This document shows positions 8,982 to 18,097 of a DNA stretch of 64,000 nt, piece after piece. Source of the stretch: Vulcanimicrobiota bacterium (GTDB lineage Bacteria; Vulcanimicrobiota; Xenobia; Xenobiales; JADMJV01); the NCBI GenBank assembly GCA_017307785.1, contig JAFKGI010000012.1, forward strand, positions 1 through 64,000, written 5' to 3'. The position numbers and the translations under genes are program-made. Below the pieces are notes generated by a model. The model made no database searches, was not told where the DNA came from, and saw only the letters and a program-made list of their open reading frames with translations. The stretch's first letter is position 1. Each line of letters begins with the position of its first letter.

Positions 8982-10172
8982 TTAGACCTCCAGCAGAATC
9001 CGGCTGGGATTCTCCATGCACTCTTTGATGCGCACCAGGAAGCTGACGGCTTCGCGGCCGTCCACCAGGCGGTGGTCATAGGTGAGGGCCAGATACATCA
9101 TCGGGCGAACGACCACCTGACCGTTGCGCACCACGGCGCGATCCTCGATCTTGTGCAGACCGAGCACGCCGCTCTGAGGCGGGTTGACGATCGGGGTGCT
9201 GAGCAGAGAGCCGTAAACGCCACCGTTGCTGATGGTGAAGGTGCCGCCCTGCAGCTCCTCCAGCTTGATCTTGCCTTCCTGGGCACGCTGACCGAAGTCC
9301 TTAATGTTCTTCTCGATGTCGGCAAAGCTCAGGCGCTCGGCGTTTCTCAAGATGGGCACTACCAGACCTTTGCCACCGCCCACGGCCACGCCAATGTCGA
9401 AGTAGTTCTTGTAAACCACCGCTTGCTCACGCACCTCGGCGTTGACGGCCGGGAAAGCCTTGAGAGCCTCGATGGTGGCTTTGACGAAGAAGGACATAAA
9501 GCCGAGCTTGGTGCCGTGCTTGGCCGAAAAGCTGTCCTGGTAAGACTTGCGCAACTCCATGACGGCGCTCATATCGACTTCATTGAAGGTCGTCAAGAGA
9601 GCGGCGTTGGACTGAGCTTCGATCAGGCGACGCGCAATGGTCTTGCGCAGGGGCGACATGGTGACCACTTCTTCCTGGCGGCCTCCACCGGCCGAGGCGG
9701 GAGCTGACGGGGCTGCGGCCGCAGGGGGTGCGGAGGCCGCTTTGGCCGGCACGTCTTCTTTGAGAACCTGTCCATCTTTACCGCTGCCCTTGACGTCTTC
9801 GGGCTTGAGGCCGGCTTCGTGGAGAGCGCGCTTGGCGGCGGGGCTGGGGTCTTTGGCAGCAGCCTCTTTGGCGGGAGCTTCCTTGGTCGCGGCCGGCTTG
9901 GCGTCGGCCTTGGACTCGGTCTTGGCCGGGGCGCTGCCTTCTTCGAGCACGCCCAGAATGTCGCCGATGCCGGCGCTTTCACCGCTCTTGACCAGAACTT
10001 TGGAAAGCTTGCCGGAAACCGGGGCGGGCACTTCCACGTTGACCTTATCCGTCTCCAGGACCACCAGGATGGTATCCTGGGCCACACTCTGGCCGGGTTG
10101 AACCAGCCACTCGCCCACCACCACGCTGGAAATGGATTCGCCTACGGCGGGCACTTTCAGATCGACTGACAT
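8982..10172 (-). CDS. sucB: Dihydrolipoyllysine-residue succinyltransferase (E2 of 2-oxoglutarate dehydrogenase)
   Basis: N-terminal lipoyl domain, Ala/Pro-rich linker, and C-terminal 2-oxoacid dehydrogenase acyltransferase catalytic domain with the ...DHRLVDG active-site motif. Confidence 0.9.
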   Translation of the reverse strand: MSVDLKVPAVGESISSVVVGEWLVQPGQSVAQDTILVVLETDKVNVEVPAPVSGKLSKVLVKSGESAGIGDILGVLEEGSAPAKTESKADAKPAATKEAPAKEAAAKDPSPAAKRALHEAGLKPEDVKGSGKDGQVLKEDVPAKAASAPPAAAAPSAPASAGGGRQEEVVTMSPLRKTIARRLIEAQSNAALLTTFNEVDMSAVMELRKSYQDSFSAKHGTKLGFMSFFVKATIEALKAFPAVNAEVREQAVVYKNYFDIGVAVGGGKGLVVPILRNAERLSFADIEKNIKDFGQRAQEGKIKLEELQGGTFTISNGGVYGSLLSTPIVNPPQSGVLGLHKIEDRAVVRNGQVVVRPMMYLALTYDHRLVDGREAVSFLVRIKECMENPSRILLEV

Positions 10173-10195
10173 CTTTTAAAAGCTCCTTCGGGGTC

Positions 10196-12958
10196 CTAAG
10201 TTGGTACGGCCATTTTGAAGGCTTGCTCGATGAGCGAAGCCTGTTCGATTTTGTGACTTGCGCCCGAACCCGTGGCCGGACTGGCCGATTCGGGGCGAGA
10301 AATCTGCATAAAGGGATAACGGTCGTAGAGACGATCGTCGAAGCGGCAGTGCAGGAAGGGCAGAGCTCCCATATTGGCCGGTTCTTCTTGCACCCAGATG
10401 GCGGCCGTCTCCTTGGGGAAGACCGAGAGGGCGGCCTTGAGGGACCGATCCGGGAAGGGATAGAGTTGCTCCACGCGCACGATGGCCACGTCCTTGCGGT
10501 TGTGGGCCTTGCGATAAGCGTCCAGCTCATAGAAGAGCTTGCCGCTGCACAGCAACACGCGCTGAACCTTGCTCGAGGGTCCGGCTCCGACATCCGGCAA
10601 CACCCGCTGGAAGCTGCCTTCGGCCATCTCCTTCAGCGGGGTCACGCACTCCGGGTGGCGCAACAGGCTTTTGGGCGACATCACCACCAGCGGTTTGCGC
10701 AACGGGCGCAGAACCTGACGGCGCAGACAGTGGAACAGCTGACCGGGAGTGGTCAGGTTCACGATCTGGATGTTGTCCTCGGCCGCCAGGCTAAGGAAGC
10801 GTTCGAGACGAGCCGAGCTGTGCTCCGGTCCCTGGCCTTCGAAGCCGTGGGGCAAAAGCATCACCAGTCCGTTCAAGCGCGACCACTTGTCTTCGCTGGA
10901 GACGATGAACTGGTCGATGATCACCTGAGCCACGTTGACGAAGTCGCCAAACTGGGCTTCCCAAAGCGTAAGACACTCGGGACGGTCCAGCGACAATCCG
11001 TATTCGAAGGCGAGCACGGCCACCTCGGAAAGCGGGCTATCCCAAACCTGGTAACGAGCCTGTTCCGGGCTTAAATTGTTGAGCGGAATGTACTGCTCAC
11101 CGGTTTCGTAATCGTGGAAGATGGCGTGGCGGTGACTGAAGGTACCGCGGCCCACATCCTGACCGGAAAGACGCACGGGGAAGCCCTGCACGATCAAGCT
11201 GGCATAAGCCAGCAGTTCGGCGGCTCCCCAGTCCAGCGGCCTTTTGCCGGCCGCCATGTCTTTGCGCACTTCCAGGACCATTTTTTGCAGCTTGGGATTG
11301 GTCGTGAAACCCTCGGGAGCTTCGGTCAGCTTGACCAGCAGCGAGGCCAGTTTCTCGGGGTCGACTTCGGTGGCCACTTCCGGGGTGTCCTTGTCCAGGC
11401 CACCACGATAGCCGCCCTGGGTCGACAACTGCTTGTAGTCGTAATCCTTGGCGCGGGCCTTGGCCAGCTCGGCTTCAAGATACTCGCGGCGCTTGGCGGC
11501 GATATCCTCGACTTCGCTGCGTCCCAGAGCCGGCTGAGGCACCTTCATCAGACTTTCCACATAGCGCTCGCGCACCGAGGGCATCTGCGCGATCTGCTTG
11601 TACATGAGCGGCTGCGTGTAGGTGGGGTCATCGCCCTCGTTGTGGCCGCGGCGGCGGTAGCACCACATGTCGACCACCACGTCTTTGTTGAACTTCTTGC
11701 GGTATTCCATGGCCAGTCGAATGGCCTGGGCTACTGCCTCGGGATGCTCACCGTTGACGTGGATGATGGGAATCTGCAGCATTTTGGCCACGTCGGTCGG
11801 ATAGGTTCCGGAGCGTGCCTGCTTGGGCGAGGTGGTAAAACCGACCTGGTTGTTGACGATGATGTGGATGGTCCCGCCCACCGAGTAGCCGGCGATCTCG
11901 CTCATGTTGAGCATTTCCTGGACCACGCCCTGACCCGCGAAGGCGGCGTCGCCGTGAATGACCAGGCCCATCACGCGCTGGTGAGCACCCTGGCCCAGCT
12001 TCTCCTGACGAGCGCGCACGCGGCCGAGCACCACCGGTCCCACGAACTCGAGGTGAGAGGGGTTGAAGCACAGAGCCAGGTCAATCTTTTTGCCGGTGGA
12101 GGTGGTCCAGACGCTGGTGTAACCCAGATGGTATTTGACGTCGCCACGGCCGAAGTGCAGCTCGGGGTTGGTGTCGTCAAATTCCCGGAAAATTTGGCCG
12201 GGGTCTTTCTGCATGATGTTGGCCATCACGTTGAGACGACCGCGATGGGCCATACCGATGACGATGTCCTCGATGCCGAATTCGCCGGCGTCTTCGAGAG
12301 CCAGGTCGAGCAAGGGAATCAAGCTCTCGGCACCTTCCAGGCCGAAGCGCTTGGCGCCCACGTATTTTTTGGCGATGAACTCTTCGAACATCTCGGCGTC
12401 GGTCAGCCGGGTCAGAATACGAATCTGCTCGGCGTGACTGAGAGAACGGACGTTCTGGGTGGTTTCCATGGTCTGCTGGAGCCAGAACTTGGGCTCCGGG
12501 TCGTCGATATGCATATACTGCACGCCCACCGCGCGGCAGTAGGTGTTCTGCAGCACCTGCAGGATGTGCTGCAGGGTCACCGCCTCTTTCATCCCCAGGG
12601 ACAGCGCCCAGAAGCGGGTCTGCAGGTCGGCCTCGGTCAGTCCGTAATGGTCGAGCTGCAGCTCCGGGAAGGGAGCGGGCTCGCTGCCCAGCGGGTCGAG
12701 CCAGGCGGTGCGGTGACCGCGCACGCGATAGGCACGGATCAGCTGGTCAACGCGCTCTTGCTTGAAGGCGTCGCCTTCTTTGCTGACGGGTGGATTGAAG
12801 ATGGTGCTGGGTTCGTAGCTCGGACCCAGGGCCAGCCGCTGCCCGTTGATGCCTTCCTTTTCGAAATAGCTGCGCCAGGCCGGGTCGACGGCGGCCGGGT
12901 TGCGCTGGTATTCCTTGAGGACGTCTTCGACGAAGTCGAGATTATCCGCGTTAATCAT
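10196..12958 (-). CDS. sucA: 2-oxoglutarate dehydrogenase E1 component
   Basis: ~920 aa ThDP enzyme with strong full-length E1o similarity (MINADNLDFVEDVLKEYQRNP... N-terminus). Start set to the ATG at 12958, with AGGAG upstream. The track ORF extends 28 codons further. Confidence 0.9.
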   Translation of the reverse strand: MINADNLDFVEDVLKEYQRNPAAVDPAWRSYFEKEGINGQRLALGPSYEPSTIFNPPVSKEGDAFKQERVDQLIRAYRVRGHRTAWLDPLGSEPAPFPELQLDHYGLTEADLQTRFWALSLGMKEAVTLQHILQVLQNTYCRAVGVQYMHIDDPEPKFWLQQTMETTQNVRSLSHAEQIRILTRLTDAEMFEEFIAKKYVGAKRFGLEGAESLIPLLDLALEDAGEFGIEDIVIGMAHRGRLNVMANIMQKDPGQIFREFDDTNPELHFGRGDVKYHLGYTSVWTTSTGKKIDLALCFNPSHLEFVGPVVLGRVRARQEKLGQGAHQRVMGLVIHGDAAFAGQGVVQEMLNMSEIAGYSVGGTIHIIVNNQVGFTTSPKQARSGTYPTDVAKMLQIPIIHVNGEHPEAVAQAIRLAMEYRKKFNKDVVVDMWCYRRRGHNEGDDPTYTQPLMYKQIAQMPSVRERYVESLMKVPQPALGRSEVEDIAAKRREYLEAELAKARAKDYDYKQLSTQGGYRGGLDKDTPEVATEVDPEKLASLLVKLTEAPEGFTTNPKLQKMVLEVRKDMAAGKRPLDWGAAELLAYASLIVQGFPVRLSGQDVGRGTFSHRHAIFHDYETGEQYIPLNNLSPEQARYQVWDSPLSEVAVLAFEYGLSLDRPECLTLWEAQFGDFVNVAQVIIDQFIVSSEDKWSRLNGLVMLLPHGFEGQGPEHSSARLERFLSLAAEDNIQIVNLTTPGQLFHCLRRQVLRPLRKPLVVMSPKSLLRHPECVTPLKEMAEGSFQRVLPDVGAGPSSKVQRVLLCSGKLFYELDAYRKAHNRKDVAIVRVEQLYPFPDRSLKAALSVFPKETAAIWVQEEPANMGALPFLHCRFDDRLYDRYPFMQISRPESASPATGSGASHKIEQASLIEQAFKMAVPT

Positions 12959-12968
12959 TGAGCCACTC

Positions 12969-14324
12969 CTAGGATTTGACCGGGTCCCGCAGCAGCACGA
13001 ATTCTTCGGCGGCGGTGGGATGAACGGCCAGGGTTCGATCAAAGTCTTGCTTGCTCGCCCCGCAAGTAAGGGCTACGGCCAGAGCCTGAATGATTTCCGG
13101 AGCGTCCGACCCCACCATGTGGCAGCCCAGAACCAGCTGGTTGGAGCGACGCACCACCAGCTTCATCATCACTTTTTCCGGCTTGTCCGGCAGCGTGTAT
13201 TTCATCGGCCGAAAACTGGTGCGGTAAACGTCGATGTCGCCAGGATTGCTCTCTTCGGCCTGCTCCTGGGTGAGGCCCACCGTTCCCACAGCCGGCTGCG
13301 TAAAGACGGCCGTCGGAACGTGGTGAGGACGAAAGTCCGCGTTCGGATCCTGAAAAAGTCGGGCGGCCAGCGCGCGTCCTTGCGCGATGGCGTAGGGAGT
13401 GAGCTGCACCCCGCCCACGCAGTCGCCTACGGCGAAAATACTCTCGACGCTGGTGCGGCAATGCTCGTCGGTGAGCACCTCGCCCTTTTCGCCCAGGTTG
13501 ACGCCGACTTCCTGAAGACCCAGGCCTTCGGTGTTGGGCACGCGACCGGTGGCGGCCACGAAGATCTCGGACTTCCACGAGCCCTGATCGGTGTGGACTT
13601 CGATCTGGTCACCGGTCTGCGTGAGCTTTTCCAGGCTGGCTCCCGTAACAAAACGGATGCCACGGCTCTCCATCTGCTCTTTCAGGACTTTGCGCACGTC
13701 GCCGTCCATCTCGGGCAGAGGCAGGTCACTGCGGAACATGACGGTCACTTCGGACCCAAGGCCGGCGAAGATGCCGGCGAATTCCAGGCCGATGTAGCCG
13801 CTGCCCATCAAGGTGACGGACTTGGGAAGCTGCTTGAGATGAAACAGATCGTCGGAAGTGAGGGCCAGTTCTTTGCCCGGTTTGTCCGGCACCCAGGACT
13901 TGCCGCCCACGGCGATGGCCAGATATTTGCCGCTGACTTTCTTCTCCCCCACCTGAACGGTGTGAGCGTCGAGCACGCGGGCGCTGCCTTCGAAGCGAGC
14001 CACTTCAGAGCCGTCCAGCAGCTTGCGGTAGACGCCGTTGAGTCGGTCCAGCTCTTTGTCTTTGTTGGCCATCAGCTTCGTCCAGTCGAAGTCGGGAGCG
14101 GCCGATTCAAAGCCATAGCCGGGAAGCAGGGCCAGTTCGGAGCGGAGCGAGCTGGCGTAAACCATCAGCTTTTTGGGCACACAGCCGCGATGCACGCAGG
14201 TGCCGCCGTACTCGGACTGCTCGCAAATGGCGACTTTCGCGCCATAGAGCGCCGCACGCCGGGCCAGTCCCACTCCCCCAGAACCGGCTCCAATCACCAC
14301 CAGATCGTAGTCATATTGAGCCAT
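12969..14324 (-). CDS. gor: Glutathione-disulfide reductase
   Basis: 451 aa. MAQYDYDLVVIGAGSGG...GGTCVHRGCVPKKLM and C-terminal AVHPTAAEEFV are close to the E. coli Gor signature (GGTCVNVGCVPKK / AIHPTAAEEFV). Ends 10 nt upstream of sucA with an AGGAG in the spacer, so it is probably co-transcribed. Confidence 0.8.
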   Translation of the reverse strand: MAQYDYDLVVIGAGSGGVGLARRAALYGAKVAICEQSEYGGTCVHRGCVPKKLMVYASSLRSELALLPGYGFESAAPDFDWTKLMANKDKELDRLNGVYRKLLDGSEVARFEGSARVLDAHTVQVGEKKVSGKYLAIAVGGKSWVPDKPGKELALTSDDLFHLKQLPKSVTLMGSGYIGLEFAGIFAGLGSEVTVMFRSDLPLPEMDGDVRKVLKEQMESRGIRFVTGASLEKLTQTGDQIEVHTDQGSWKSEIFVAATGRVPNTEGLGLQEVGVNLGEKGEVLTDEHCRTSVESIFAVGDCVGGVQLTPYAIAQGRALAARLFQDPNADFRPHHVPTAVFTQPAVGTVGLTQEQAEESNPGDIDVYRTSFRPMKYTLPDKPEKVMMKLVVRRSNQLVLGCHMVGSDAPEIIQALAVALTCGASKQDFDRTLAVHPTAAEEFVLLRDPVKS

Positions 14325-14408
14325 AAAAATCCCCTTTGCGCCCCGCCAAGCGAGTCCTGCCCCCTATTTAGAAGGGTGCGCGCCGACACGACGCGTAGGC
14401 CTGAGCTT

Positions 14409-15233
14409 ATGAATGAACGATGGTGGGCGCGCACGATGCGCTTTCTACGCTATCCCGTCTTTCGCCATATTCTCGGGGGCGTAGTTTTTTTCTGTGTCTA
14501 TGGTTGGCTGAGCATGCGCTACGAAATCCTGATCCTCGGCGAGGATCTGGAATTCCCGGCCAGCGTGAACACGCTGCTGGGCGTTTCGCTGTCGGTGCTG
14601 ATCGTTTTCCGCACCAACGGCAGCTACGACCGCTGGTGGGAAGGCCGTAAGCTCTGGGGCCTTCTGGTCAACCGCTCGCGTTCTCTGGCGGCGGTGGTGT
14701 GGAGCGCGCAATGTCTGCCCCTGGAGGAACGGCGCCGCTTCCTGGACACGCTGGGCGAGTTTGCCTACAAGTTGCGCGATCACTTGCGAGGACCGTGGCC
14801 GGCGCCGGACAATGTCCCCCAGCGCTTGCTCAACACTCTGAGCCAACAACTGGGCCGCTGGGATCACCAGGGCCTGGTTCCCACCCATCTTTTTCTGGCC
14901 ATCGAGCGCAACATGAATGAGTTTTACGACATTCACGGCGCCTGCGAACGCATTCGTGGAACCCCGCTGCCGCTCAGCCACCGGGCCATCGTGCCCCAGG
15001 GCATTTTCATCTACCTGCTGGCCCTACCCTGGGGCCTGCCCCACGGACCGGTGTCGATCACCATCATCGGGGTGGTCGCCTACTTCCTGATCAGCCTGGA
15101 AATGATCGCCGAGGAAATCGAAGAGCCCTTCGGTCAGGACCCCGACGACCTGCCCCTGACCCGCACCTGCGTCAACATCAACGCCGGCCTGCAACGCCAA
15201 CTCGAACTCCCGGGCGAACTGGAACCGGCTTAA
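14409..15233 (+). CDS. Bestrophin-like / UPF0187 (YneE) family anion channel homolog
   Basis: 274 aa. SYDRWWEGRKLWG and IAEEIEEPFGQDPDDLPL match the family's conserved motifs, and four hydrophobic segments are present. Only the C-terminal part of track ORF 12900..15233 is real; its first 1.5 kb is antisense to gor. Confidence 0.7.
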   Translation: MNERWWARTMRFLRYPVFRHILGGVVFFCVYGWLSMRYEILILGEDLEFPASVNTLLGVSLSVLIVFRTNGSYDRWWEGRKLWGLLVNRSRSLAAVVWSAQCLPLEERRRFLDTLGEFAYKLRDHLRGPWPAPDNVPQRLLNTLSQQLGRWDHQGLVPTHLFLAIERNMNEFYDIHGACERIRGTPLPLSHRAIVPQGIFIYLLALPWGLPHGPVSITIIGVVAYFLISLEMIAEEIEEPFGQDPDDLPLTRTCVNINAGLQRQLELPGELEPA

Positions 15234-15403
15234 CTGCCTTCCTCCAACCCTCGTCCCGAAGGGGGAGGCGGGAAGAAGGGGAGCGGGAGAGAGCAGTGTC
15301 TGTTATTCCCTTATAAGAATTTTTGGCACTGGTTCGATTTGCCGCGACCGCTCTCTCCGACTTCCCCTCTTGCCACCTTCCCCTTCTAGGAAAGCAAGCG
15401 CGG

Positions 15404-18097
15404 TTAGAGGCGGATGCCGACGGGGAGGGCTTCGCCGAGGAGGGCGGCGGCTTCTTGTTGGGCGCCGACCTGGCCGTCGAGGCTGGCCAGGTGGTTTTGG
15501 AGGCCTTCTTTTTCCAGGCGGTTGCGCACGCGCTCGACCTGATCCTCGGGGAAGTCCCGTTTGATGTCATCGGTTTTCCGCATCATGGCGGACAGGGCCC
15601 AGCCCACGGTTTCCTTCTCGCTCCACTTGGAGTCGAGGATCTTGCTGATCCAGGGCCAGACGGCGTCGGGGGGGACGACCCATTGAGGTCCGGCGCCGAG
15701 CAAATTGCGGGTGCCGATACGGGCGATGCGCCAGAGGTCGTCGCGAGTGCCCTGGAACTTCTTCATAATGATTTCTCCCAGCAGCACCTTGTCGGCCACC
15801 GGGATCTGCGAGAGGGACACGGCCAGACGCAGCAACTCGTTGTCCTCGGCGATGCTGCGCTGGTGCGGCACGCGGGTTTTCCAGTGCTTACGCCCCGGGA
15901 TCATCACGGCCGCCAGCTGGGTCCAAAGCTGCTCTTGACGAGCCACACTCATGCCGGCGGCCAGGCGGCGCAGCGTTACCCACAACTCCATGCGAACCGG
16001 CTCGAGCTTGGGGAACTGCAGCCAGGAATCGAGCAGAGCCGAGGTCTTCTCTACGCGCCAGGCGTCGAGCTTGGAGCCGGTGCCGGGACGCAGGCAGTAA
16101 CCGACGCCGTTGAGCCAGCTCTGCTCATACTCGGGCTCCACGCGACGGCGCTGATGCACGTCCACGAAGCCATCCCAGAGAGCGCGTAGCAGGGCCACCG
16201 ACCAGAGTTGGCGACCCAGCCCGAAGTGCTGCTCCAGATTGGCCAACAGGCTGCGCGGGCGCACGCCCGAGCCCAGTCCCTTGGGCTTGCGCAGAAAGGC
16301 CTCGGCAATGGTGTCCTTGGCCTGCTTGACGACTTCCGGAGGAAATTCCGGGCCGCCTTCCAGCACCACATCGCCGCGCAGCGGGAACTCAAGCTGAAAG
16401 CGGCGCTTGCCCTCGAGCATGCGGCAAGCGATCGAGAGCGTTCCGATCTCGGTGACCTCGCCGGAGAGCAACACCGGCACTTCGGTCACCTTCAGGTCGG
16501 GAGCGCGCACCACCGTTTCCATGGCCGGCAAAACTTGAAACTCGGACTCTTCGCTGCCCGCAGCCGCGATATCCACCAGCGCTCCGGGCTGGTCTTCGGG
16601 TCGGTTGGAGCTGCTGAAGATGGGAAAGCGCACCGGGCGCTCCAGGGTGAGCTGCAAGATGGGCTCGGGCAAGTCCACGCGCGAGCCGGCCTCGAGGTTA
16701 CGCGGAACCACGCACAGGGCCTGGGTCGACTCTCCGTCGCTGCTCAGCTGCAGATAGTAGCTGCGGGCGATACCGCCGCCGATGCGCTTGCCGCCGCTAC
16801 GCTTGAGGTGGCCGTAGTAGGCGGCTCCACGGGCCACCGAGAGGTCGGACTCGGGATTGATCAATTCCTCGACCGGACCACCACGCCAGGACTCCAGAAT
16901 CTGTAGCAGGCGCTGACGAATGGCCAGAGCTCGGCAGGCGCCACCATTGAAGAGAATTTTATTGGGGACATTGTCTTTGCGACCATGGCGGCGCAGGAAG
17001 CTGCTCAGATGGCGCGGCACGGCCGGATCACTGGCGTAGGGCAGTCCCCACTCTTTGAAGCCGAGCCGGCGTTCGGCCTGCAACGGCTCGTCGATAGGCA
17101 CGGCCGGGAAGAAGCCGTCCAGCACCAGCTTCTCCACTTCCTCGCGGGAAAGGTCGGCCTGCAGCGTGCCGGCCACCAGCTTGGAGCCGGAGCCGGGCAC
17201 GGTCACGGTCACCTTCTCGGGGGGCTCGTCGCCGAGCAGCAGTTCCTTGGCGCGGCGGCACTCGTTGCGTAACACCCCCCACTGCAGAATGTCCAATTTG
17301 GCGCCCAGACGCGGTTCCACCAGGTAGGCCAGGGCGATGTCCAGGTTATCGCCGCCCAGCATCAAGTGCTCGCCCACGGCTACGCGACGCAGGCCTTTGT
17401 CGGCATACTCAATCAAGGTAAAGTCGCTGGTGCCGCCGCCGATGTCGCAGACCAGAATCTGATCGCCCTGCTGAAGATTGACCGGGCTCTCCACGCTCAA
17501 GCCGTTGGCGTAGAGGTAATGATAGAAGGCCGCCTGCGGTTCTTCCAGCAGCGTGATCTTGTCGAGACCGGCCTGGCGCGCGGCCGACACGGTGAGCTCT
17601 CGAGCCAGCTCGTCAAACGAAGCCGGAACCGTCAACACGATTTCGCACTCATCCAACGGGTGGTCCGGGTACTGATGGCGGAAAGCCTCGCGCAAATGCT
17701 CGAGATAACGGCGCGAAGCCTCGACTGGAGAAACGCGGGGCGCGTCGGGCGCGCCGTCCCAGGGCAGCAACGGCTGACTGGGGTCGGCCTGACGATGGGC
17801 CAGCCAGGACTTGGCCGAAACGACCACGCGACCGGGCACGCGGGAGCCCTGCACGCGGGCGAACTCGCCCACCATAAAGTCGCGCTTTTCGTCCCAGGGC
17901 AGAGCCAGCGAACCTTCCGGCAGTTCGTGGGCGCCCGGCAGGTAGAGGAATGAAGGAAGCAGCGACTGTTCGCGGACTTCCGATTCCGAGACCCGCTGCG
18001 TCAGCTTGAGTGTCTCAATCTCACCACGATCTCCGATGATTCGCGCCAGGGCCGTGTTGGAGGTGCCCAGGTCGATGCCGACCAGCCAGTTGCTCAT
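15404..18097 (-). CDS. Hsp70-fold ATPase paralog (897 aa) with ~400-aa non-DnaK C-terminal extension
   Basis: N-terminal actin/Hsp70 NBD motifs GIDLGTSNTA (phosphate-1), CDIGGGTSDF (phosphate-2) and GGDNLD. No canonical DnaK substrate-binding domain or EEVD tail. The long C-terminal region is predicted helical. Its start overlaps the stop of the upstream paralog by 4 nt. Confidence 0.75.
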   Translation of the reverse strand: MSNWLVGIDLGTSNTALARIIGDRGEIETLKLTQRVSESEVREQSLLPSFLYLPGAHELPEGSLALPWDEKRDFMVGEFARVQGSRVPGRVVVSAKSWLAHRQADPSQPLLPWDGAPDAPRVSPVEASRRYLEHLREAFRHQYPDHPLDECEIVLTVPASFDELARELTVSAARQAGLDKITLLEEPQAAFYHYLYANGLSVESPVNLQQGDQILVCDIGGGTSDFTLIEYADKGLRRVAVGEHLMLGGDNLDIALAYLVEPRLGAKLDILQWGVLRNECRRAKELLLGDEPPEKVTVTVPGSGSKLVAGTLQADLSREEVEKLVLDGFFPAVPIDEPLQAERRLGFKEWGLPYASDPAVPRHLSSFLRRHGRKDNVPNKILFNGGACRALAIRQRLLQILESWRGGPVEELINPESDLSVARGAAYYGHLKRSGGKRIGGGIARSYYLQLSSDGESTQALCVVPRNLEAGSRVDLPEPILQLTLERPVRFPIFSSSNRPEDQPGALVDIAAAGSEESEFQVLPAMETVVRAPDLKVTEVPVLLSGEVTEIGTLSIACRMLEGKRRFQLEFPLRGDVVLEGGPEFPPEVVKQAKDTIAEAFLRKPKGLGSGVRPRSLLANLEQHFGLGRQLWSVALLRALWDGFVDVHQRRRVEPEYEQSWLNGVGYCLRPGTGSKLDAWRVEKTSALLDSWLQFPKLEPVRMELWVTLRRLAAGMSVARQEQLWTQLAAVMIPGRKHWKTRVPHQRSIAEDNELLRLAVSLSQIPVADKVLLGEIIMKKFQGTRDDLWRIARIGTRNLLGAGPQWVVPPDAVWPWISKILDSKWSEKETVGWALSAMMRKTDDIKRDFPEDQVERVRNRLEKEGLQNHLASLDGQVGAQQEAAALLGEALPVGIRL

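Noticed and set aside
8977-9021. Upstream ATG (9021) as the lpdA start
   Set aside because: It overlaps the sucB 3' end by 40 nt. The ATG at 8976 gives the conserved MFDLVVIGAGPGG N-terminus with a GGAGG RBS.
12900-14408. 5' 1.5 kb of the 777-aa + strand ORF 12900..15233
   Set aside because: It is antisense to gor. Only the last 274 codons (from the ATG at 14409) match a real family (bestrophin/UPF0187).
15285-15360. Possible tRNA (GGTTCGATT T-loop-like motif and a 10-bp terminal inverted repeat ~75 nt apart)
   Set aside because: No D-arm or anticodon arm can be formed. The interior is AT-rich and unstructured, and the terminal stem is 10 bp rather than 7.
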